Below the pieces are notes generated by a model. That model was not told the origin of the DNA. It ran no database searches and saw only the letters and a list, made by a program, of their open reading frames with translations. DNA of 64,000 nucleotides from Malacoraja senta (Eukaryota), in NCBI GenBank assembly GCA_038087875.1, contig CM075978.1, positions 42,594,001 through 42,658,000 on the forward strand, given 5' to 3'. Positions 49,121 through 61,262 of the stretch are shown one piece after another. Made by a program: the position numbers and the translations under genes. How positions within the stretch are numbered: position 1 is the stretch's first letter; every line of letters begins with the position of its first letter.

Positions 49121-52100
49121 AGTAGCAAAGTATTGCTAGGTCCAAATCATAGCTTAAGACAAAAAGCTTAATTTGCTAAAACTCAAAAAAACAAACAGCT
49201 TATGGTCATGCAGCATCTCCGAAGGGAGAAATAGTTAATGGTTCAGGTTGATTACCTTTTATCAATACTTTTACTGGAATTATATCTGTCTCCTGAAGAT
49301 ACCGAAAACTGAAGGGTTTTGCAGAGATCTGAAAGGAATGCTAACATTTTCCTTTCACTTACAGTACATCTTTTAGCAACAGTGGCTGAACCTTCATCGT
49401 CATTGACTATTTAGTATTGCACTAGAAAGTCTCCCGATTAATTTACACTTGAAGAATGAGAGTTACCAGGACTGAGAGGTGACTTGCTGGACTTTGAATG
49501 TTGATATAATTGCAATCAGTGTTGTGCACAAATGTTTCCCCAGGGATCAAACACCAGGTTTCATCTGCATTAGGCATTGGGCCATAGTTATTACATTCTA
49601 GCCCTTCAGCTCTGGATGATAATGTGTTCAAATATTTAATAAACATACTGCAATCGTACAGAAGCGAAGTCTTCTCCACTTAACATTGAACTCAGTAATT
49701 TCAGGTAATCAGTTATTCTAGTTGTGGTTCAATAGTTATATTATTTTTTCCTCTTGAGATAATTATGGAATTTACTTCTCCTATTTACACTTCTCCCAAA
49801 CTTACCCTTTATTTTATTCACCAGCCGTTCTACATCAGCTGGCTCTATCACCACTCATCATGTAAATTCTGTCTAAACCCCATCAAACTTTTTGTTTTCT
49901 CTCCCCCTCTCCATTTTCCTCTGTAATTTATAACAGTTTAATACATTTTTTTCCCCAGTAATAAGAAAAACTCATTAACCTGAAGTATTAAACTCACCTG
50001 CTCGGGCTGCATCTATTCAAGGGTCAAATGTTTTAATTAAATTAATTCTGCAGCAGAAAGTTAAAAATCACTGGTTATTGACATTTCTCTGCCAAAGTTC
50101 TTTACCTTAGTCAGGTTGTTGAAAGGGTAAAATAATGAGAGTCAGATTTTCACCATAAAGATGGTAACTAGCAAATAGATCATTATCGACCCTACTGACA
50201 TATCGCCTGATACTGAGATCAAATACAACATCTGCAGAAGTTTGGTAAGGTGTAGTATGTTTATTTTCTAAGGGGTATTACTGTGAATAATTCTATGTAT
50301 TAACTTGTTCTTTCATTAAATTGTAACATTACATAACTTGCTGAATTCTGATGTGAAAGGAAATTCTGATCTGTAAGGAACATATGTTCTGCATAAACGC
50401 AAGCCAATGACCATTTCTAACAATAGATGGTCAAACCACTTCCTGTTGATGTTCAATGATGGCAGCATCATAAAATCTCCCAACATCAACATCCTCTGAG
50501 TTACTGGGTAAAAGATTTAACATGATCCTGGCTAGAAAGACTGGACATTCTGTAGCAAACAACTCACATTCTGACTGTCAAAAACCTTTCCACTATGACC
50601 AACAGTATGAAGGAATACACCCCACTTGCCTGGAAAAGTACTGATCTAAAAAGCACCTCAAAACAATCCAGAATAAATCTGTGCGATTGATTAACCAATC
50701 TACCGTACCGACCTTTCACTTTTTCGGTCAGTTGGGCCTGGCTATCTGACCCGTCCAATAAAATCCAACTAAATAGGTCAGGCTCAGGTCTGGTATCGAT
50801 AAACAAATTGGAAATTTTCTGGCTCAGGTTGGATGAGTCTGACCAGCTCTTGAGAAGTTAATTCACTAAGGCTCAGTAGTGTGGGACACATTAGGGTTGA
50901 CTTACCTATAAATAACTGGATAAGTACCTGAAGCAACGCGTGACTTCTTTAGAGATTGCTTACCTGGGCAGAGTGTTTGGTCATGAGAATATTTATCATG
51001 ATCCATGTAACAGCTAGGTTTTATCTATATTTGGTAAAATGATTGCAGTCTTAAATTCAATCATCTTATCACTGAAATCTTGAACACTTAATATCAGTAA
51101 GAAGGATACAAAAGCTGTCTTATTTCTTTTGTCTTCCCACTTATGCAACATATCTAAAAGCACCATAATTTTTGTGCTATTAAAGTAGAACAAACCTCAT
51201 CCCATTTCTGGCATATATTTTAAACATCATTGATATATCTCTCCTTTTCAATAAATGAAGAACAACACTGGAAGAAACGGCTGTGAGTAAACCACCCATT
51301 TTCTTCCCTCCTGCTCTCAGACCTCTGAACTAATCACCTTTTTCACAACCCCTTCATCGTAGCATTGCCATGTACTCTTACTCTCAAATCTACCTCACTT
51401 GGCTATTCCATTACTGTATGGTTAACTTATTTTTTGCACTACTCATATTTGCATTATAACCTTGCACCATAGAGTCATACAGTGTGGAAACAGGCCCTTC
51501 GGCCCAACTTGCCAATTTACACTAATCCCACCTGCCTGCATTTGGCCCATACCCCTCTAAACCTGTCCAAATGTTTTTTTTAAACATTCTGCTGTTTTTC
51601 ACTCATCATTTTATTATTGCATTATATACTGTGATTGTATATATACTGTTTATTCTGCCAGCATCATGTGAACTAGAAATATCATTACACCCTGGTGTAC
51701 ATGATAATAAATGAAACTGAATTTAAATCTATTGCTCTTACAAAAAATATGCTTTAAGACAGATTTTACCCTTGCAGTTGAGATGCTGATTGCTTGATTT
51801 GTTTTTAACAGAACATGAGCAATTTTGAAAAAGTTAATATATATCATGCACATGGTCCACTGCTCCCACCTTTCTACTAATTGAGGTTGGTTAATTATGG
51901 AACAAATAAGTGAATCGATCTTTGAACTTTCCAGTCAATATGAAAGTTATATGTGTAGAGGCTTTCCAGAAATTGGTTGCTTTCATTGCAATATTTTTTC
52001 GGGAAATACATTTCAATGAAGTACCAGCATATTAGCAAAATCCAGTTTTGTTCCAAGCCAAGGCAATGCAGTGAAGTAAAAGATTTAAAGGTTCTTACTT

Positions 52101-54487
52101 TTTTGCTTGGAAGAAGTACACATGTAATGACCTAAAATGCTGTTTATTATTGTGTACTGTGGGCAATGTAATGCAGAAAAGACTGGAATATTGCAGTTTG
52201 TAGAAAAGCTTGCTGTATGTTTTAAGAACATCTTTAATAAAACAGTTAATTTGATTGATTAGCAAAGCTCAGTTTGGTGCAATGAACACAAATGCAAATT
52301 TAGCTTTTATCCTTAATTTCAGTTTTGTTGCCTTGAATACATATTCTGCAGCAATAGGTCACAGCATGTAACTCGAATGGTTGCTTTTTGTCACCATAGT
52401 AACCTTTATCAATTGCCATTTCTTCCCTCCCTTTCATCACTTGGATAAAACTTCCAGCTGCCTCATGACTAAATAATGAAGTGGGACTTCAAGTAATAGC
52501 CATAAGTCTCTCAGATATTTCCCAGTTCATGATATCTGCCTTGCTATAAAGCCACCATGACCGATGCTGAAATCCACAAGAACAACATTTGTGTACAGCA
52601 TTTTGTATCCAAGAGTACTGTAATCCCACGAAAAGCAAGTTGCCATAACAACCTGAACTATTGTCAATGTGGCACTTAGGATGCATTTTGCTCAGGAATT
52701 AATCTGATAGGGTATGGTATTTCACATTTACAGACCATAGAATATGTCAGTAGTTATCTCTTCAATGGTATGACAATTGATGTACAGTTAAAATTGTTTT
52801 TGAACAGCATTTAAGAGTACATCAGCACTATCAGTATAATAACTGGACAGTGAATGTTTTACAGATTCATACATTTTATAATAGGATTTCCCATGTGACT
52901 GTAAGATAACTTTAAAAAATACAAGCATATTACAAATAATGTCTGTCCTGGTTATAATACTTCAGAGTGTTAATACAAAATTGTCACCATTTTTTTCCAT
53001 GTCAATTTCAAATCATATCCAAACCTACACCAAACTTAACATTGACCTCAGGTAAATCTTTCGCACTCCACAAATTTAAGTATGTAGATTTTTTCCATAT
53101 TTTTCCTTTTCCTTTCCTAACTTTATCCTTTCCTGATGATGCTAACATTATGGAATAATGCTTCTCTGGATGCTAACAGTACCATGAGTTGTCTTTGCAA
53201 GCTTGGACAAAACATTGCCTCAATAGACATCTACCAGGGATCCTGCTTGACCACAGTCACATTTAGGTATTCTTTCCATAACCATATAAAGATTTTATTG
53301 CATGCCCTAAAGATGAATTTTATACCAAATATTATTTTGATTAAACTGATTAATACACTTGGACAAAGTTCTTGTGTGTGGTATTTTGATAAAGTCAGTC
53401 CTCTTAAAATAAACAACTTTATTAAGCCAGTACACAAAGGAGTCCCTGACCCAGGAATTAAAACACAACTCTACAGAATTTAAACCATTCAAGGTTTTAG
53501 GTCTCGATTCTGAACTATTTTTGTTAATTGGTCAGTCTTAACCATACAATAAATTATTTCCACTAACTACCACAGTCGCTGGTTCCAAACCTTTATTGCA
53601 TTTGCCAACAGAAATTAATTTTATTTTACAGATTATTCAAAACTGAAGTGTTATTAACATAGGGAAACACTTATGTACTATAGCTGGACTCATCAGCAGA
53701 ATTGCATTATATTCCCTTATGTAAGCGACAAAATGATTACTACAGACAGCAAATTAAATGTCATGCAAATTGAATACAGTAGGAAGGTTTAGAATATGGT
53801 CGGCATGGGAATTCTGAAGGCAGGGTGGCGCAGTAGGTGGTATTGGATTGTGTCTCTTGTATTTATGGTGGTTTGCATCTGATTCATGCTGGAAATGTAA
53901 AATTTGTCCAATGCTTAGTGTGTTTTTTAATTAAAAGCTTACAACCAACTAAAAGGGGATTTTAATAAAGTCAACCATTTAATTTCTAACAGATAAACTG
54001 GTTATTTGAAACAATCTCAATCTCAAACATATGGAAATAAAACTAATTGAATAAATAAAATAAAATTTGATAGGAATGGTAGAGTAAGTAATGCGTTGTA
54101 TAAGCAACATGTTGAAGTTGGTGGAAATGTGAGAAAACCCCAGCAAACACAACTGCAGTATCTGCATCTCGTGCAAAGTTGGCTCAGAATCGTTGATTCT
54201 GACTTGCAGACTTTACAATGCATCAGAAAAGGAGAGATTCATCTGTGATCCAGTTAACTCTCCTGGTCCCCACTGTGGTAGTAAAAGGGGATAATATTGT
54301 CAGGCTGCAAGCTATGTAAATCAAGGATAAAACACATTTCTTCAAGGCTGGGGAGCACTTAGTGGGAAGGCAGGATCCTGTTTGCATGGTCCCTGGAGGA
54401 ACCAACAAATGGGATAGAAATGTCAAAATAGTATTGCTAATGTCTAAATTAACAAGAACAACCATAAAGGTATTAATTTCTGCATTA

Positions 54488-54725
54488 CAATAGACAATAG
54501 ACAATAGGTGCAGGAGTAGGCCATTTGGCCCTTTGAGCCTGCACCGCCATTCAATGTGATCATGGCTGATCATCCCAAATCAGTACCCTATTCCTGCCTT
54601 CTTCCCATATCCCCTGACTCCGCTATTTTTAAGAGCCCTATCTAGCTCTCTCTTGAAAGCATCCAGAGAACCTGCCTCCATCGCCCTCTGAGGCAGAGAA
54701 TTCCACAGACTCACCACTCTCTGTT
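54488..54725 (-). mobile_element. CR1 3' end with (CAATAGA)n tail
   Basis: Same 3'UTR as 27596-27943. Confidence 0.85.
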
Positions 54726-54974
54726 ACAAGCTACATCACATAAAAATTGACAAGGGATACAACATCAGAATACACATGGTTTGAAAACCATTGCGGGAGA
54801 AAGGGGACTTGATTCACACACGTTTGCTTCAAAGTAGGGGAAAGAGGAAGACAGTACATTGGATCAGATTTCATTTAAATTAGACTGGAGCAAAGTGTAA
54901 ATGTAAGGGAGACAATTAAAGATTCTTTATTCAAATACAAAACAATATTTCTAATGAGGCAGAAAAAATATTGG

Positions 54975-55795
54975 CACAAATAAAGATAAATAAGTTCGAT
55001 TTAATTCAACCACAACAGATTTGCATTTACCAGGTGATCAAAGCAGGGAACTGAATATTCCAGGTTGGCATTCCAGAAAAACAGGCAGAATGGTAAGAGG
55101 CAGTGGACAGCATCTCTGCAGTGAAGGGTGATGCCAACAAAAATAAGAAAGAACCCAGGGCTGGAAATGGAATCAATGTAGATGAAGATGAAGAATAAAA
55201 AAAATAGCTCAAAGTCCTTCAGTAATAACTGTGGAGTTGGACAAACTGATCAGTGGGGAAATAAAGTTAAAGAATATTTTTTTATTCTTCATCTGTGTAA
55301 TCCACTTCCAGCCTTGGGTTCTTTCTCATTTTTGTCAGCATCACCCTTCACTGCAGAGATGCTGTCCACCGCCTCTTTCCATTCTGCCTGTTTTGCTGGA
55401 ATGTCAACCTGGAATATTCAGTTCCCTGCTTTGATCACCTCGTAAATGCAAATCTGTTGTGGCTGAATTAAATCTAATTTATTTATCTTTATTTGTTGAC
55501 ATTCCAGAAAAACAGGCGGAATGGAAAGAGGCGGTGGACAGCATCTCTGCAGTGAAGGATGATGCCAACAAAAATGAGAAAAAACCAGGGCTGGAAGTGG
55601 AATCAATCAATCAATCAATCAATTAGTTTTACTCATCACATACACAATAAAGTGCAGTCAAGTGGAAGTGCATTCAGTCACATACACAATAAAGTGGAAT
55701 CAATTTAGATGAAGATGAAGATTTTTTTTAAATGCCCAAGGTCCTCCAGTAATAACTGTGGAGTTGGATAAACTGATCAGTGGAGAAATAAAGAA
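54975..55795. repeat. forward-inverted-forward triplication of a decayed CR1 endonuclease segment
   Basis: About 54977-55266 forward, 55276-55496 inverted, 55494-55793 forward. Confidence 0.88.
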
Positions 55796-56089
55796 GGCTT
55801 ATAACAAATGAACTGAAGTATCCACGGGCATTCTAATTTGAGTCCCAAGGACAGGGACATGAAATACATTGTCCTTAGCACTCAAATTCCCCTTGCAGAG
55901 GAGCAGATGGAAAACAGTCCGATCCCTTGCTCGTTGATTAACAAGTGATCACACTATTTTGAATAAAGGATCTGTAATTCTCTCCCTTATGTTCATTCTT
56001 CGCTCCAGTCAAATTTAAATTGAATCTCTCAGTGGACTGGGTTCCTCTTTCCTCTATATTGTGGGAAATTCTTGTCAATCAAATCCCTT

Positions 56090-57185
56090 TTCCGCCTACT
56101 CCTCTGTGTAAAAATACTGCCCCAGACATCTCCTTTAAACTTTTCCCATATGACCTCAAACAATCCAGTCTTTGATATTTCCATCCTGGAAAAAAAGATT
56201 CTGACTGTCTGCCCTATCTACAGTATGGCTCTCATCATTTTAAAAACTTTAATCAGGTCTCCCCTCAGCCTCTGATGCTCCAGAGAATGCTCCAGGGAAA
56301 TATCAACATGCTAGGGTAGTTTGAGATCAAAAGGGAAGTGGTTTGGAGTTCTTGATGAGCATTATGGCTAAACCCTCAGGGCCTGATAGGATCTATCCTA
56401 GGTTGTTGAGAGAGGGAAGAGAGGAGATTGTAGGGGCCTTGACAAAAATCTTTGTATCTTCTCTAGCCACAGTCATGGTTCTAGAGGACTAGAGAATAGC
56501 CAATATTGTTCCTTTGTTCAAGAAAGGATGTAAAGATAATCCAATAAATTACAGGTCATTAAGCCTCACGGATAACAAATGGTAAGAAAACTATTAGGAT
56601 TCCTCAGATTAAGATTTACTCTCTTTTGGAAGATAGTAGACCAACTTGGGGCAGTCAGTTTGGCTTTGTCCATGGCAGGTCATGTCTCATAAACGACTGA
56701 ATTTTTTGAGTAGGTGACAAAGGTGATCGATAAGGGTAAGTCAGAAGATGTTGTCTACATAGAAAATGCCCTCATGGAAGTCCCTCATGGAATACTTTAT
56801 CAGACGAGCGGAGATTCAGCATGCCCCTAGGTACGCTATGGAACTTAGAGTCATACAGCATATATACACGCCCTTCAGCCCAACTCGCCCATGCAGACCA
56901 AGCTGCCCCATTTACATTAGCCCCACCTCCCCGTGTTTGGTCAATATCCCTCTAAATCGTCCCTATTCATGTACCTGTCCATATGTCCTTTCAATGCTGT
57001 TTTAATACTTGCCTCAACTACCTCCTCTGTCAGCTTGTTCCATATGACCACCACACACATGAAAAAATTGCCCCTCAGGTTCCTATTAAATCTTTCCCCT
57101 CTCATCTTAAACCTATGTCCTCTGGTTCTATCTATTCCCCTCATGATTTTGTACACCTCTATAAGATCACCTCAGCCTCCTGCAC
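56090..57185. mobile_element. cluster of CR1 fragments in both orientations
   Basis: Plus-strand SGPDRIYPRLLRE; minus-strand YKIMRGIDRTRGHRFKMRGERF. Confidence 0.75.
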
Positions 57186-57565
57186 CACAGGGAATATAGT
57201 TCTACAAATAAGCGGTGGAGAGCATACTGTTTGGGTGCATCACTGCCTGGTTCACTTGAACACTTAGGAAAGAAGGAAGCTCAATAAGTGGTGGACAAGA
57301 CCTGATCCATCACATGTACTGACTTTACCACCATCAACGGGATCAACAAGAAGCAATAGCCCAAGAAGGCTGTTAACGTCTTCAAACACCCACACCACCC
57401 TTGCCATGCACTCTTCTCATTACTACCATTGAGAAAGAGGTATAGGGACCTCCAGGTTCAAGAAAATCGTTCTCAAATCAACCAACAGGCTCTGGAACCA
57501 CCCTGCACAATCCTAACCACAACCCTCTCTCAGCACCAAACCACTACCAACTTTGCATTACTATA

Positions 57566-57694
57566 TTTAAGAAGGAACTGCAGATGCTGGAAAATCGAAG
57601 GTAGACAAAAATGCTGTAAACACTCAGCGGGTGAGGCAGCATCTATGGAGCGAAGGAAATAGGCAAGGTTTCGGGCCGAAACCCTTCTTCAGAC
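57566..57694 (-). mobile_element. Penelope-derived short insert within a Rex1/Babar remnant
   Basis: Minus strand gtCTGAAGAagggtttcggcccGAAAC; flanking direct repeat tgcattact. Confidence 0.75.
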
Positions 57695-57811
57695 TGCATT
57701 ACTGTAGTTGCTCTACATCCTATAAATGTTGTTGTTGTTGTTACATCTAATATTCATGTAAATCTGTAGCAAGAAATAATGTTATTGGCTCCAGTTCACA
57801 TCCAATGCATA

Positions 57812-57897
57812 TCTATATAACTAAAAGTCTCATCTTGACCACTTCCTGTCTGCACTCTATATTGATTTTAGAAAAAAACGCTACCCTATATCGCTAT
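57812..57897 (+). mobile_element. Helitron-like 5' end fragment
   Basis: A|TCTATATAACTAAAAGTCTCATCTTG, similar to the 5' end at 25400 on the minus strand. Confidence 0.55.
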
Positions 57898-59817
57898 TTG
57901 TTATCTCAACATAATCACCTCTATGCTTTTACTCCAACATGATTCCAAATCAACCTTGCATGTGAAGTATATTGCAGAGAGCTAAAGAATTAATCACGCG
58001 TAAATTGTAGTAGGATTGGAATTGCACGGAAACAGCTACATATGGTGAAAGAACAATGTATAAAGTAACTGTCAATGAATGATGAGACTTAGCCTAACTA
58101 GAAAAAAATGAATACAAAACAAATTTAGAAACATTCTTCTTTACATGACTGCATTTTAGCTGAGAGGACATTATTTTAAGTTTCTGCACATTTTCCGACA
58201 AACATTCATGATTCTGAACTTTTTCCTTTTGAACTGAACTGAACATTCTGTCAAATAACGACTAAAAGTGCTTGGATAAATCAGCACTCATCTGCAGTAC
58301 TTTACTACATAAAGTTCTTGTGCACAAAACAGAATGTGCTTTTTGGACAGAAATAAGAATGCAGCTTTAGAACTGAAAGGCCCGATGGATTATGTATTAA
58401 ATCGTTCAGTTTTCTCCTAGGTTTAAAAACAAAGATAGTCTAGACTTTCAAATACCCAAAATGTGTGTCATCATCAACTCAGTTATTGAAGTTCAGAGTG
58501 TTCGTGATGTAGGTCCTTTCTGTCAAATTTCTTTGATCCCCCTTCTCAAAGTGCTTGATATTTCAAAGCAAAGTTACACATTCCTTAGAAGCCTCATTTG
58601 GCGATGTGACATTTCAGCTCTGCATGTGTTAGAGTAGGTATTGCATTGCCCCCATAAATAGATGGCAATTGCAGTCTGTGTAGATCTCAACATCCAAAGG
58701 CAACTTATCCCCAGGACCCCAGAGGGTAGCTCTGATGTGCAGCAGCACAGCAGGAATGTTTTCCTCTTTATACCTGTCATGTGGTTACTGGTCAGTTCTT
58801 TTATTTTTCCTTAACCCTTTGGTTTCAACAAGTAAGATTTTTTCCCAAAATAATTACCTGACAGTTCAAATGACCAAGGATTCAGGTATCACGTATCAAA
58901 CTCCCTTCCTGATACTGGCACCCATCTGTCTATGTGGTAACAGAACACTTGAAGACATATGAAACTGGCATGCTGAGAATTTATTTTGATCTAAATATGT
59001 TCGGTTGCCTTTCCATCAATCGCTGCCACAGAGAAATACACTGTGAAAGAAGAATGCTTAACTCAAACTTTCACTTCTAACAGCATTGGAGAATGCGAGT
59101 GGCATGGGAGCAGCAGAAGAATATTGGGAAAATCTTGAATTAATCTCCTAAGAGAGCACAGAATTGCAATGCATGCTGGTGTGAATGTATAATTAAATTG
59201 CCTTTTGTTACGTATTTGATGAGATTTTGATTGATAAAATAGAATTAAATTTGTGACCTAGAAATTGATCCATATAACACTTCGTACTGGATACTATTTA
59301 GATACGAAAGAACACTAATTTTGCAGTCTCTTGAAGAGCAACATAAAAGCAAATGGTGCACTTTCTCTTCTAGTATGTCCATATTTTCTGAGAAACTGTG
59401 GAGTGGTATTTAATGCTGCCCTTATATAGTAGATTGTAGAAGGAATTGAAGATAACTTCCCAACATTTAATTGGAAGAAATTGTGGTTGATTCTGGGCTG
59501 GATGTTGAACAACTAGTCTGACCAGTTCCTTTCCCTAGTCTTCACAAACTACCCGTAAAATCTTACAGAAGAGTTGTAGAATTTTTCCCGGATTTACCCA
59601 AACAAATCTTGGAGATCTGCAAAGTGCAGGGCACATCTTTCTATATAGGTTACACATCTTAATTCGTGAAATGAAATCTATAGAAATTAGCTACATAGAA
59701 CATGTACACTGTATAAAGAAAGCCAACGATTTGGTATAGTTCAGTATTGTATATTGATTCGAGTTGATTTCAACAACAAATTGAACTTTAAAAGGTCAAA
59801 AATATTTAAATATTCTC

Positions 59818-59894
59818 GTCCTGAAACGTCGCCTATTCCTTCGCTCCATAGATCCTGCCTCACCTGCTGAGTTTCTCCAGTATTTTTGTCTGCC
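59818..59894 (+). mobile_element. Penelope-derived short insert
   Basis: 12-bp TSD ttaaatattctc at 59806-59817 and 59895-59906. Confidence 0.75.
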
Positions 59895-60290
59895 TTAAAT
59901 ATTCTCAGAAGTTGCTTTAGTTTATGACCTCACTGTTCCAATTAAAAGTACACCTTTTCTCCTTGCATAATATTCATGGAATAATGAACATGGTTGTAAA
60001 ATTCAGGTCAAAAGAACATAATAGAAGCAACTTAATTAGCCATGATCAAATTATTCTCATTGTTAAGGGAAAATACCTCTCAGTACAAACTTCTACTTCA
60101 ATCTTTTAATTAAATGTAATATAATACCAGGTCAGCAGAAAGCTAAAATTTTAAGATGTTAGACATTTTATATCTTAAACAAATGCAAGACAAATAGTTC
60201 TTATGCTCTCTGACTAAAACCTCCATTAACATTCCAGCTAAGTGTTCAACAACTAAAAGGTTGTATCTCCCTGCATTAGGTTGAGCAACA

Positions 60291-60501
60291 GAATGTATAG
60301 GAAGGAACTACAGATGTTGGTTTAAACCGAAGATAGACACAAAAAGCTGGAGTAACTCAGCAGGACAGGCAGCATCTCTGGAGAGAAGGAATGGGTGACG
60401 TTTCGAGTCTGAAGAAGGGTCTCAACCCGAAACATCACCCCTTACTTCTCTCCAGAGATGCTGCCTGTCCCGCTGAGTTATTCCAACTTTTTGTGTCTAT
60501 C
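60291..60501. mobile_element. palindromic Penelope-derived insert with hammerhead-like core
   Basis: Inverted arms around CTGAAGAagggtctcaacccGAAAC; 15-bp TSD ttaggttgagcaaca at 60276-60290 and 60502-60516. Confidence 0.82.
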
Positions 60502-60909
60502 TTAGGTTGAGCAACATACTGATATTAACTACATCAGTATGCTTCTCAACCTATAGTCTAATATGCTTCTCAACCTAAAGGGAGAGGGATACAACTTCTT
60601 AGCTGCTGAGCACTGAGCTGGAAAGTTTAATGGATAACTACAGTGGGTGAAGCATATTAGACTATTGGTATACATGCCCTGTATAGTATGCCCACTATAT
60701 AGTTTCAAGCTGAAGGTATACAGGCAAATGGAACGTGAACACCATCTTCCCATCTCTTCTCTAACCCCCGAGTGGTTTCCTGTCAATTTTTCCATTTGAA
60801 TATTTTCTCTTACTTCTCAATACTATGTTGATAGGGTCGCATGCCCAATCTTACAGCAATTTTATTCTAGATAGCTACTTTAAATTGTTCAAAAGGCAGC
60901 TGATGTATA

Positions 60910-61195
60910 TTTCCCCATACAAGCGTTACAGGTCCATCAAATCACACACCACAAGATTAACAAACAGTTTCTACCCCAAGGCCATCACCACTCTGAACTC
61001 TGCACTGAACAAACAGCCCCCATAGCTAATATTTGGTACTGCCACAACACTATACTGTGAATATTGCACATTGCACATTCTGACTTGACTTGACGTTTTC
61101 TTGCCGTTTTTGTAATTCGTTATTCGTTTTTATTTATCTGATGCGTTGGAGTGCGCCTGAAATGTCGTTGCATGTATTTACAATGACAATAAAGT

Positions 61196-61260
<65 letters not shown>
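60910..61260 (+). mobile_element. Rex1/Babar-like 3' end with long (ATT)n tail
   Basis: KRYRSIKSHTTRLTNSFYPKAIT; ATT repeats 61198-61260. Confidence 0.8.

Positions 61261-61262
<2 letters not shown>

Noticed and set aside
58807-58829. Plus-strand TTCCTTAAC...AC resembling a U12 acceptor (also ATATCCTT at 27089 and 29386)
   Set aside because: Antisense to the gene, with no associated exons; consistent with chance in AT-rich DNA.
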